The position numbers were made by a program, and so were the translations under genes. The notes under the pieces were generated by a model. The model saw only the letters and a list, made by a program, of their open reading frames with translations. It did no database searches and was not told where the DNA came from. A stretch of 36,238 nt of DNA, from assembly GCF_004010195.1 (NCBI RefSeq), contig NC_057719.1, positions 92,362,375-92,398,612 on the forward strand, written 5' to 3'. Below are positions 1 through 10,472 of this stretch, one piece after another (the first letter of the stretch is position 1; each line of letters starts with the position of its first letter). This stretch comes from Chiloscyllium plagiosum (Eukaryota).

Positions 1-435
1 GGTCTGGGAGATGATGGTTTGGTGGTGGGGGATGGGGTCATGGTCAAAGGGATGGTAGGAGGAGGTATCTGCGAGCTGGCGTTTGGCCTCAGCGGTGTAG
101 AGGTCGGTGCGCCAAACTACTACTGCGCCTCCCTTGTCAGCTGGTTTGATGGTGAGGTTGGGGTTGGAACGGAGGGAGTGGAGGGCTGCGCGTTCCGAGG
201 GTGAGAGGTTGGAGTGGGTGAGAGGACTGGGGGAGTTCAGGTGGCGGTTAATTTCACGGCGGCAGTTAGCTATGAAGAGGTCGAGGGCAGGTAGGAGGCC
301 AGCACGGGGTGTCCAGGTGGATGGGGTGTGTTGGAGGCGGGAGAAGGGGTCGTCAGAGGGTGGGCGAGAGTCTTGGTTAAAGAAGTAGGCACGGAGGCGA
401 AGGCGGCGGAAGAATTGTTCGATGTCACGCTGCGT
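1..435 (-). mobile_element. Penelope-like element (PLE) ORF, N-terminal part of the reverse transcriptase; open frame runs off the left edge
   Basis: Manual translation of 435->1 gives 145 codons without a stop: TQRDIEQFFRRLRLRAYFFNQDSRPPSDDPFSRLQHTPSTWTPRAGLLPALDLFIANCRREINRHLNSPSPLTHSNLSPSERAALHSLRSNPNLTIKPADKGGAVVVWRTDLYTAEAKRQLADTSSYHPFDHDPIPHHQTIISQT. The 'FFRRLRLRAYF' and 'NL...E..AL..L....IKPADKGGAVVVW' motifs are typical of PLE RTs. Absent from the ORF track because it has no stop in the window. Confidence 0.88.
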
Positions 436-439
436 GGAG

Positions 440-735
440 GCAGTGTCCTACCGGTATTATCACTGACTGTTAATCCAACAACCCAGCTAATGTCACGGGG
501 ACTGGGGTTCAAATCCCACCACGGCAGACAGCGGAAATTGAAATCAATAAGGAAAATCTGGAATTATGAATCTAATGATGACCATTAAATCCATTATCAG
601 GAAAAGAAAATGATCAACCTCACTAGTAGGGAAGGAAACTGCCCGGTCTGGCCTACACATGACTCCAGACCCACAGCAATGGGGCAATTAGAGACCAGCA
701 ATAATTGCCAGCCTAGCCAGAGATCCTGTGAACGA
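440..735 (+). mobile_element. tRNA-derived SINE, decayed
   Basis: B-box-like GGTTCAAATCCC near 506-517. The 3' tail (ggcaattagagaccagcaataattgccagcctagccag) resembles the reverse complement of the LINE 3' end at 7370-7440 and 16715-16770. Confidence 0.6.
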
Positions 736-1271
736 ACGGGGAAAATCTAGCTTTCAGAAGCGCTGCCGCCAGGGTGAGAAAACAGTGGCCAAACTGCACA
801 CAGCAAAGGCCCACAAGTAATGATGAGACGTGCCTAGGATTCCCTGAATTTCAGATGTGAATCCAGGGACAAATGTCAGCTCTGGGATTCAGGGGAACTG
901 CATTTCTTCCGAATGCCAGGAGTGGGATCTTCAACGTCCATCGGAAAGGCCAGGAGACTTTGATTTAAGCTCAGCAGAGCTGTCAGCATCTGTGGAGAGG
1001 GCAGACACAGTTTGCACTTTAAGTCGTCTGATGAAGAATTCAGAAAGCAGTTACAAATCAACCGGAATTGCATGGGTCTGGAGGCAAGACTCGGTAAGGA
1101 TGGCAAATTTCCAACCCCTGGAGAAAGGAGTGAGCCAGCTGGGGTTTTTACAACAATCCACTGCGGTCCCACAAGCTTCACTCAACATTTTACTGAATTC
1201 AATTCTCACCATCTGCCACTGTGGGGTTTGAACCCATAACTGCAGACCATCAACCTGGGAATCAGATTTCT

Positions 1272-1400
1272 AGGAGAAAGTGAGGACTGCAGGTGCTGGA
1301 GATCAGAGCTGAAAATGTGTTGCTAGAAAAGCGCAGCAGGTCAGGCAGCATCCAAGGAGGAGGAGAATCGACGTTTCGGGCATGAGCCCTTCTTCAGGAA
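1272..1400 (-). mobile_element. Short PLE terminal-repeat (pLTR) fragment with an intact-core hammerhead motif
   Basis: Same family as 19070-19284, 19708-19802 and 35774-36238. The minus strand reads uuc-CUGAAGA-a-GGGC-ucau-GCCC-GAAAC-GUC-gauucucc (1400->1362). Confidence 0.8.
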
Positions 1401-1410
1401 GGCTTCATTC

Positions 1411-2287
1411 CTGCTAGCTAGTCATATGGCAGGTGCTTGTAAGCTGTCAGTGTAGAACAGCATTCACTCTCTCTTAAAGGTACAGTACACACCTTCAATT
1501 TCATAACAATACTAAATTCTAATCGAGTTTGAATTTATTGTTTTGCCAACATTGAATCAATGAGATAATCCGGTGTTGGGGATATAAAAATGCAGACATT
1601 TTGAAAATTGGAAACAGAGCAACTGCCATCGAGAGAGACCCAGGAAAATAGGAAACCTCTCTATCAAAGGTACCTTTTCATATGAAAAAATTTGCAGTAA
1701 AAAGACAGAAGATGACCCAGGGAGATCTTCAGCTGAAAGGAAGAAGACACCGGAGACAACTACCGCTGTATGGTTTGGAAATGAAGTTGATGTTATTTTA
1801 ATCAGTGTCTTATCGGAACAGCATATTGTTGTAGAGTTGGAGGCAGGTAATAAGCAGTTAAGAGAAAGGGAGGCTTAGAGTTGTGAATAGTTGTTGATTA
1901 ATGTTCACTTTTAGATTTAAGGAATAAATTGATATTATTTTTTCTTTAAAGAGTGGAATTTGGAAATTCTCTGTCACTGATACTTTAACAGATTACGAGG
2001 TGAGGTGAGCTTTTCTGAGTGTTTGGTTTAATTAGCAGAAGGGTTCACCGCTGTGTCATAACAGTATCCTGGGGCATAATTTAAACTGATTAGTTAAATT
2101 CAAATTGTTGTCAAAACAGTAACCAAAACGCAGGTATCAATTTTATAGCCAAATGTTGCATATTTTCAATTTCCCAGTACACTGTGGGACTGCTAGTTAG
2201 TCAAATGACAGGTGCTTGTAAGCTCTCAGTGCAGAACAGCATTCACTCTCTCTTAAAGTTACGGTACAGGCCTTCAACTTCATAACA
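1411..2287. mobile_element. LTR-like repeat with internal direct repeats (about 1411-1508 and 2190-2287)
   Basis: The ~98-bp segments 1411-1508 and 2190-2287 are clearly homologous. Three segments end in CATAACA (1508, 2063, 2287), which is TGTTATG on the minus strand, the same start as the solo LTR at 34833. Confidence 0.5.
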
Positions 2288-2514
2288 CCAAAAAAAACAA
2301 ATCTTTCTTTCCTTTAGTCTGTCAGTGAGCGATTCTCGGGAAGATGTGAATGGATTGGGGAGAGTGCAGAAGATGTTCACAACAGGGGGTGAGGATAGAT
2401 TGGAGAGGGTGGGAACAGGGCTGAGAGGGAGATCTGATCAAGGTTTATGAGGAGGGCGTTAGAGTAGGTGGAGAGATACTGTTCCTGTTCATAAAAGGAT
2501 TGAGAATGAGATGT

Positions 2515-2950
2515 CATAGATTGAGCTACAGGGAGGGGCTGATTAGGCTGGGTCAGTTTTCCCTGGAGCGTCGGTGGCTGAGGGTTGACCTTATAGAGGT
2601 TTATAGAATCATGAGGGGCATGGGTAGGGTAAGTAGTCAAGATCTTTTCCCTGGGGAGGAGAGTCCAAAACTAGAGGGCATAGGTTTAGGGTGAGAGGGG
2701 AAAGATATAAAAGAGACGTAAGGGGCAACTTTTTCACTCAGAGGGTGGTGCGTGTATGGAATGAGCTGCCACAGGAAGTGGTGGAGGCTGGTACAATTAA
2801 ATTACAGCATTTAAAAGGCACCTGGATTGGTATATGAATAGGAAGGGTTAGAGGGATATGGGATAAATGCTGGCAAATGGGGACTGGATCAGATTGAGAT
2901 GTTTGGTTGGCGCTAACGATTTGGGTCTGTTTCCGTGCTGTGTGACTCTA
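2515..2950 (+). mobile_element. CR1 LINE 3' end, within an older CR1-like fragment (about 2330-3195)
   Basis: Encodes LSYREGLIRLGQFSLERRWLRVDLIEVYRIMRG, followed by the FFTQRVV.VWNELP-type ORF2 C-terminus and a 3' UTR. Confidence 0.85.
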
Positions 2951-3196
2951 TGTATATTTGTATAAAATTTAAAGTGAATCTCCAAAAAGAAACCTGAGGT
3001 GAGTAAAAGCTTTCTCACACAGACAGTGGTTAGGGTCTGGAACGCACTGCCTGGAAACGTGATGGGGGCAGGTTAGATTGAGGCTTTCAAAAGGGGTGTT
3101 GGATGGTAATCTAAACAGAAGCCCAATGTGTAAGGCACTGGGGACAAGGCAGGAGAATGGGACCCAGTCATTTCACTCATTTGGAGAGCCAGTGCA

Positions 3197-3452
3197 GACC
3201 CATATCCCTCCAAACCCTTCCTATCCATATACCCATCCAAATGCCTTTTAAATGCTGTAATTGTACCAGCCTCCACCACTTCCTCTGGCAGCTCATTCCA
3301 TGCACACACCACCCTCTGTGTGAAAAAGTTGCCCCTTAGGTCTCTTTTATATCTTTCCCCTCTCACCCTTAGCCTATGCTCTCTAATTATGATTTCCCCT
3401 TCATAAATCCATGCTGATTCTGACCTATCCTGTTACTGCTTTCCAGATGTGT
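3197..3452 (-). mobile_element. CR1 LINE fragments (ORF2 C-terminus joined to an RT fragment)
   Basis: ORF 3073-3366 encodes RGERYKRDLRGNFFTQRVVCAWNELPEEVVEAGTITAFKRHLDGYM; ORF 3387-3587 encodes ESSNRIGQNQHGFMKGKS. Confidence 0.85.
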
Positions 3453-3941
3453 CTCACCGGAAATTAACAGCACACATGGGGCAATGTCTCTCTGCTTAAA
3501 TGCCCCCTGCATTTGAGCAAAGGATGGAATACAATGAAAGTAATCAGCAACTTTCTGATGTTGCAGATGGTGTTGAATGGTCCACATGGCCAGCTGACAG
3601 GATAGCTCACTGCTGACACCTGCTGGTTATCAGTAAAATTAACATCTTTGAGCTGGACAAGAAATGACATGACTTTCAGCACCTTCAGGATGTGTCAAAG
3701 CAGCCAGAGGAAGTACTTTGCAAACCCACTAGAAATATGGCACACAGCAAGGTCCCAAATGCATCAGCAGCAAGATGCCAAGGTTAATTAAATATCCCGA
3801 CATCAGTTCAGGGATCCTGTCGTCCCCTCAGTAGAACCTGGGAGAACACTCCTGGTTGATACCTCGAAAGACATGCCTGGGGAAAACATTACTGCCTGTA
3901 GATAGACTCAATATTAACGATTCAGTCAAATCATGATACTG

Positions 3942-4050
3942 CCGACAGTGCGGCGCTCCCTCAGCACTGACCCTCCGACAGTGACCACTCCCTCAGCACT
4001 GACCCTCCGACAGTGCCCACTCCCTCAGTACTGACCCTCCGACAGTGCCC
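3942..4050. repeat. 32-bp minisatellite (ctgaccctccgacagtgcccactccctcagca), runs into a gap
   Basis: Units start at 3967, 3999 and 4031. Confidence 0.9.
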
Positions 4051-5018
4051 NNNNNNNNNNNNNNNNNNNNNNNNNNNNNNNNNNNNNNNNNNNNNNNNNN
4101 NNNNNNNNNNNNNNNNNNNNNNNNNNNNNNNNNNNNNNNNNNNNNNNNNNNNNNNNNNNNNNNNNNNNNNNNNNNNNNNNNNNNNNNNNNNNNNNNNNNN
4201 NNNNNNNNNNNNNNNNNNNNNNNNNNNNNNNNNNNNNNNNNNNNNNNNNNNNNNNNNNNNNNNNNNNNNNNNNNNNNNNNNNNNNNNNNNNNNNNNNNNN
4301 NNNNNNNNNNNNNNNNNNNNNNNNNNNNNNNNNNNNNNNNNNNNNNNNNNNNNNNNNNNNNNNNNNNNNNNNNNNNNNNNNNNNNNNNNNNNNNNNNNNN
4401 NNNNNNNNNNNNNNNNNNNNNNNNNNNNNNNNNNNNNNNNNNNNNNNNNNNNNNNNNNNNNNNNNNNNNNNNNNNNNNNNNNNNNNNNNNNNNNNNNNNN
4501 NNNNNNNNNNNNNNNNNNNNNNNNNNNNNNNNNNNNNNNNNNNNNNNNNNNNNNNNNNNNNNNNNNNNNNNNNNNNNNNNNNNNNNNNNNNNNNNNNNNN
4601 NNNNNNNNNNNNNNNNNNNNNNNNNNNNNNNNNNNNNNNNNNNNNNNNNNNNNNNNNNNNNNNNNNNNNNNNNNNNNNNNNNNNNNNNNNNNNNNNNNNN
4701 NNNNNNNNNNNNNNNNNNNNNNNNNNNNNNNNNNNNNNNNNNNNNNNNNNNNNNNNNNNNNNNNNNNNNNNNNNNNNNNNNNNNNNNNNNNNNNNNNNNN
4801 NNNNNNNNNNNNNNNNNNNNNNNNNNNNNNNNNNNNNNNNNNNNNNNNNNNNNNNNNNNNNNNNNNNNNNNNNNNNNNNNNNNNNNNNNNNNNNNNNNNN
4901 NNNNNNNNNNNNNNNNNNNNNNNNNNNNNNNNNNNNNNNNNNNNNNNNNNNNNNNNNNNNNNNNNNNNNNNNNNNNNNNNNNNNNNNNNNNNNNNNNNNN
5001 NNNNNNNNNNNNNNNNNN

Positions 5019-5130
5019 GCTGGAGGAGGTAATAGAGATAGGGTAGTATGTAGGGGCTGGAGGGGGTTACAGAGATAGGGTGGTGTGTAGGGGCTGGAGG
5101 GGGTTATAGAGATAGAGGGGTGGGGTAACC
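5019..5130. repeat. 37-bp minisatellite (gctggagggggttacagagatagggtggtgtgtaggg)
   Basis: Units start at 5019, 5056 and 5093, immediately after the gap. Confidence 0.85.
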
Positions 5131-5821
5131 GTGATGGGTGACACTGAAAATGAACAGTCGAGGGCCAAAGGGATTTGGATGAAATCAGGTTTCTATCAGG
5201 TGGCAACAGGAAGAATCATTGAGAGCAGAGTGACCAAAGCACTGGACACCCTCTGGCAGTGAGGATGACCTCCCAGGGACAAGGAGAGCTGGCTGTTTAA
5301 GGTCCAATGGTATTGCGGGTTCCTCCTGGTGTGTGAGGGGGTTGTGATTGGAATCTCTGCCTTTTTACACACCACACTCCCAACACCAAGCTGCTCCTGA
5401 ACTGGTCTCACCATCCACTCTTATTGTCTCATCCCCTTCGACAGGGAGGATGGGTTCTGCCACTGCATACGTGAGATGCTCAACCCTGGGTAGCATCACA
5501 ATATTGACCACACAACACACTGGGCGAGCTCTGGTTACCATGGCATCCTTTATTCTCCTTCTTGTCTTTTAGACAACAATCAATGCCACCATTTTTAATG
5601 AATTGAGATCTGTCTCACTCTCTCTCTTCCTCTCTCTCAGGCGGTTGAATAGTATCACGCTAACAGGCAGCTTGACCAGGCTTTTCCGTTTGGAACCTTG
5701 TTAATAATGACCTATATTAAAAGAGGTATGCTGAAGGTAACCTATAACCTCCAGAGGATAATGCAGCAAATGTTTTTCATCTCTCTGGTATCTCATCCTG
5801 AATCAGGAAACCTCAAAGACT

Positions 5822-5982
5822 CATGGGATGTGGGTGTCGCTAGGTGGGCCTGACCCTAGTTGCCCCCCTTGAGAAGGTGGGGGTGAGCTGCTTTCTTGAC
5901 CCGTTGCAGTCCATGTGCTGGAGGGTAGTCCCACAATGTCCCTGAGGGAGGGAATCCCAGGATTCTGACCCAGCCACACTGA
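5822..5982 (-). mobile_element. Non-LTR retrotransposon 3' end (same family as 7365-8060)
   Basis: Highly similar to 7378-7550 (gagaaggtgggggtgagctg...cccaggattctgacccagccacactga); truncated by the gap. Confidence 0.75.
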
Positions 5983-6636
5983 NNNNNNNNNNNNNNNNNN
6001 NNNNNNNNNNNNNNNNNNNNNNNNNNNNNNNNNNNNNNNNNNNNNNNNNNNNNNNNNNNNNNNNNNNNNNNNNNNNNNNNNNNNNNNNNNNNNNNNNNNN
6101 NNNNNNNNNNNNNNNNNNNNNNNNNNNNNNNNNNNNNNNNNNNNNNNNNNNNNNNNNNNNNNNNNNNNNNNNNNNNNNNNNNNNNNNNNNNNNNNNNNNN
6201 NNNNNNNNNNNNNNNNNNNNNNNNNNNNNNNNNNNNNNNNNNNNNNNNNNNNNNNNNNNNNNNNNNNNNNNNNNNNNNNNNNNNNNNNNNNNNNNNNNNN
6301 NNNNNNNNNNNNNNNNNNNNNNNNNNNNNNNNNNNNNNNNNNNNNNNNNNNNNNNNNNNNNNNNNNNNNNNNNNNNNNNNNNNNNNNNNNNNNNNNNNNN
6401 NNNNNNNNNNNNNNNNNNNNNNNNNNNNNNNNNNNNNNNNNNNNNNNNNNNNNNNNNNNNNNNNNNNNNNNNNNNNNNNNNNNNNNNNNNNNNNNNNNNN
6501 NNNNNNNNNNNNNNNNNNNNNNNNNNNNNNNNNNNNNNNNNNNNNNNNNNNNNNNNNNNNNNNNNNNNNNNNNNNNNNNNNNNNNNNNNNNNNNNNNNNN
6601 NNNNNNNNNNNNNNNNNNNNNNNNNNNNNNNNNNNN

Positions 6637-7000
6637 CCCAGTCTGTCCCCTCTCTCTATCCCAGTGTTCCCCAGTTTGTACCCTCTCTACCTCCCACTGT
6701 TCCCCAGTCTGTCCTCTCTCTCTATCCCACTGTTCCTCAGCCAGTCCCTCTCTCTATCCCACTGCTCCCCAGTCTGTCCTCTCTCTCTATCCCACTGTCC
6801 CCAGTCTGTCCTCTCTCTCTATCCCACTGCTCCCCAGTCTGTCCCCTCTCTATCCCACTGTTCCTCAGCCAGTCCCCCTCTCTATCCCACTGTTCCCCAG
6901 TCTGTCCCCTCTCTATCCCACTGTTCCCCAGTCTGTCCTCTCTCTCTATCCCTCTGTTCCTCAGCCAGTCCCTCTCTCTATCCCACTGCTCCCCAGTCTG
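6637..7000. repeat. Pyrimidine-rich ~31-33 bp minisatellite (ccccagtctgtcccctctctctatcccactgtt and variants)
   Basis: Direct tandem units are visible and account for the repetitive ORF 6664-7026. Confidence 0.9.
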
Positions 7001-7364
7001 CTCCCATGCCTTCTGGAATGTATTAGTGGTAACTCAGCCATGAAGGCTGCTGCAGTTGAATTGCCTGCTGTCGCAGTTGCGCAGCGATGGGGATCCCAGG
7101 GAGTAAGAGCTGCTGCAGCTCACCGTTGTTTCTGTTGTTTAGGAAGTGTTGACCAACAATCACCGTCTGTGGAGCTGGTTGAGCAGCCTGTACTGTCCAT
7201 CTGCCCCACTGGTGATGCACAAGAAACTGCACCATGAACTGCGGGCGGATCCGAACTGGCCCCCACTCACTGTGCCTACATCGCACAGGGCCACTGTACA
7301 GTAACACACATTCACTTATTTATCAATAAACCGTTGTACTGACCCCCTTCTGACTGCGCTGGTT

Positions 7365-8060
7365 TGTTATTGGTTCCTGAGGCGTGGGAGTCACTGGCTG
7401 GGCCCAGCATGTCTTGCCCCCTCCCCATTTGCCCCCCTTGAGAAGGTGGGGGTGAGCTGCCTTCTTGACCTGCTGCAGTCCATGTGCTGGAGGGTAGACC
7501 CACAATGTCCCCGAGGGAGGGAATCCCAGGATTCTGACCCAGCCACACTGAAGGAACGACGATATATTTCCAAGTCAGGATGGTGAGGGGCTCAGAGGGA
7601 ACTTGCAGGGGGTGGGGTTCCCATGTATCTGTGGCCCCTTGTCTTTCTAGATGGAAGGGGCCGTGGGTTTGGAAGGTGCTGCCTGAGGATCTTTGGTGAG
7701 TTTCTGCAGTGTATCTTGTAGATGGTACACACTGCTGCTACTGAGCGTCGGTGGGTAAGGGAGGGAGGGGATGTTTGTGGGTGTGGTGCCAATCAAGCGG
7801 GGGCTGCTTTGTCCCTGGATGGTGTCGAGCTTCTTGAGTGTTGTTGGAGCTGCCCCCATCCAGGGGCAAGTGGGGAGTATTCCCTCACACTCCTGACTTG
7901 TGCCTTGTAGATGGTGGGACAGGCTTTGGGGAGTCAGGAGGGGAGTTACTCCAGTTGTTATAGCCACTGTGTCTATGTGGTGAACAGTGACCCCCAGCAT
8001 GATGACAGTGGTGGGAAGGGGGTTCATTGATGTTAACACCATTGAATGTCAAGGGGTGTC
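7365..8060 (-). mobile_element. Non-LTR retrotransposon 3' portion (CR1/L2-group related), frameshifted
   Basis: Pieces such as WMGAAPTTLKKLDTIQ and HRRSVAAVCTIYKIHCRNSP are typical post-RT LINE sequence. The 3' end is shared with 5822-5982 and 16715-16915. Confidence 0.7.
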
Positions 8061-8739
8061 TTTTCCTGGAGATGCTCAGTGTCTGACAGTGAAAGAGAGA
8101 TTTATTTTGGAAGTGCAGTGATTTGTGGAAGGTAGGAAACATGGCAGACAATTTGTGCACTGCAAGATCTTACAAACAGCAACATGGTGGAAACGTGACA
8201 GAGCAGATACCTTTCTAAATACAGCTGTTTGTGGGATTGATCCTCACCCCGGCACACCGAGGAAAACCCACTTGCCATTCTCCAGTTTCACCAAGTCCTT
8301 TATACCCAGCGCGATGCTTGATTAAAGTGGGACAGGTATGGGGAGACTGGCAGCTGTTTAAGGTGCATTGAAGATGGTTAAGAGGAACCAGCAGATAGAG
8401 GAAAACAATCTGCTCTGTTTCAGCTGGGAATGTTCAACCTGAACATCTCAGTGGGCTGGGGATATGATCTCAGCAATCACACCCTCACACAGACAGAAGG
8501 GGGTCTCTGGAACCTTTACCCCTCACTCAGATAAAGGCGGCCAACTGGAAACTTCAGAGCTCAGATCGATAGTTTATTTGTTTTTTTTCTGGGCAAAATG
8601 TGATCACAGGTTAAGGAAGAGAGACCCGTAGATGGTGTTCAGATATAGATCAGCCACAATTGAATGGGCTTTTCCTGTCTCTAATGCATCCAATGTCCAC
8701 ACAGTGAGAATTAGGTTGGGGATGATCCCACAGAAACCT

Positions 8740-9160
8740 ATAACCTTGTATTCGTTAGAGTTTAGAAGGTTGAAGGGAGATCTAATAGAAACTTCCAAGA
8801 TAACGCATGGCTTAGAAAAGGTGGACGCTGGGAAATTGTTCCTGTCAGGTGGGAATACTAGGACCCGTGGGCACAGCCTTAGAATTAGAGGGGGTCAATT
8901 TACAACCGAAACAAGGAGACATTTCTTCAGCCAGAGAGTGGTGGGCCTGTGGAATTCATTGCCACGGAGCGCATTGGAGGCCGGGACATTAAATGTCTTC
9001 AAGGCAGGGATTGATAAATTCTTAATCTCGCAAGGAATTAAGGGATACAGAGAGTGTGCATGTAAGTGGCGCTGAAATGCCCAACAGCTATGATTAAATG
9101 GCAGAGTGGACTCGATGGGCCGAATGGCCTTACTTCCACTCCATGTCGTATGGTCTTATA
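8740..9160 (+). mobile_element. CR1 LINE 3' end
   Basis: Encodes LYSLEFRRLKGDLIETSKI...RTRGHSLRIRGGQF...FFSQRVVGLWNSLP, with a 3' tail cgtatggtcttat. Confidence 0.88.
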
Positions 9161-9169
9161 CCATTCTAA

Positions 9170-9475
9170 CAGGGTAAAGGGTGTTTCTGATGACCGAGGG
9201 GGAATCCAGAACCGACGTGGGGGACTGGTTTACAGTCTAAAGGAGACTGGGTAGGACTCAGATGAGGAGAAATGGCTTCACCCGGAGAGTGGGGAACCTC
9301 TGCCTTGGAAAAATATTGGATGCTTTCAACGAAGGAGTTGGATGTAGCTCTCCAGGTTGATGGGAATGGGGGAGAAAGCAGGGAACAGGGATGATCAGTC
9401 ACAATCCATTGGAATGGCAGAGCAGGCTCAAGGGGACGAATGGCCTTCTCCCGCCCCGATTCTGTACGTTTCTTT
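9170..9475 (+). mobile_element. Older CR1 LINE 3' fragment
   Basis: Degenerate gatgaggagaaat..ttcacc..gagagtgg..aacct motif and the 3' UTR gaatggcagagcaggctcaagggg. Confidence 0.6.
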
Positions 9476-9846
9476 GAGTGAAGCCTTTCGAAATTGAATA
9501 GCCTGAGGACCTTTCCTACCTGAGCTGTAGGAAGTGTTAAATGGGAGTCCTGTCACAACCTAAAATAGCCTTGGCAGGAGTGATGGGAACAGGAACAAAA
9601 AACAGTACTTTTCAAAACCTCTTGGAGGATCTGGACAGGCGAATATTAATGAAGAGGGTGGGGAGAGGATTAGCGCGTATGAATGTTAAGCAGGAGGAGG
9701 ATTATAAACAGGTTCAGCCGCATCTTTTGACAGTCCAACTGGTCTTGCTAAGCGTGCGTATGTTTGTCTGCTGCTGCATTTAACTGTTTGACTCCTGACT
9801 CTAACCTCAGTTGTGTTTGCCTCGACCACTTCCAACTTTAGTGAAG

Positions 9847-9955
9847 ATGGCTCCCAAGGTGAAGAAATCATTTGGACAGACCATGCATGAGTGGGGAGAG
9901 TTCTTGTGGAACCCAAGGACACAGGAGTTCCTGGGGAGGACTGGCTCCAGTTGGG
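9847..9955 (+). CDS. ATP1B2: First coding exon of a Na+/K+-ATPase (X,K-ATPase) beta subunit, most like ATP1B2; no further exons found in the window
   Basis: ATG in strong Kozak context (aagATGg). Translation MAPKVKKSFGQTMHEWGEFLWNPRTQEFLGRTGSSW(G) matches the beta-subunit signature W..F.WNP.T..F.GRT..SW. It ends at a G|GTAAGT donor (9956) in phase 1, the conserved ATP1B intron position. Family is certain; the paralogue (b2 vs b3/b4) is less so. Confidence 0.8.
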
Positions 9956-10472
9956 GTAAGTCAGTGAGGTTCCTCGCAAAATGTTTCAGTTCTGTTGTTG
10001 GTCTTTCCCGTCTACCCCTGGGCTCCAGCTCAATGGGAGACTTGCAATTAGCCGAGGGAACTTTCAATCTCTTAAAAGTTTTGCGTCTCTTGACTGTTTC
10101 TTCCAGGTGTTTGCAAAGATGTAAATAAATCCTGGGAGACAGAGAGGGTTAATTTTTCCCGTGTTCCAGGTTATGAGTCTTCCCGCTGGGTGAGTGTGTA
10201 CTTGTCTGAGCAGAATGGGAAAGCCGAAGCCAAATTCCCCCCTTACTGAGGGAATGGGGAGGGGGAATAAAGGGGCTCGATAACTTCACTCCCCAACCCC
10301 ATCCAATACTGGGCTAGAAACCCTCCAGGCTAGAGGGAGGAAAACACCACTGAAATTCATGAGGCAATTAAAACCCATTCAAACAGCGGGGGCTCCCTTC
10401 ACCCTCGTTGAGGGGGTGGGCTTAAACATTGGATACAGGGGTGGATCACCCGAATATGAGGCTGTGGGGGAA

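Noticed and set aside
1028..1050. CUGAUGA...GAAA hammerhead-like string
   Set aside because: No proper helix II and no NUH plus helix I after GAAA; at most a decayed relic.
4013..5206. 300-400 aa ORFs here and across 11746-12523 and 24032-24984
   Set aside because: They consist mostly of N-gap.
5446..5470. 25-bp micro-exon (cag|GGAGG...ATAC|gtgaga)
   Set aside because: The splice-like signals could be chance, and no frame gives a recognisable peptide.
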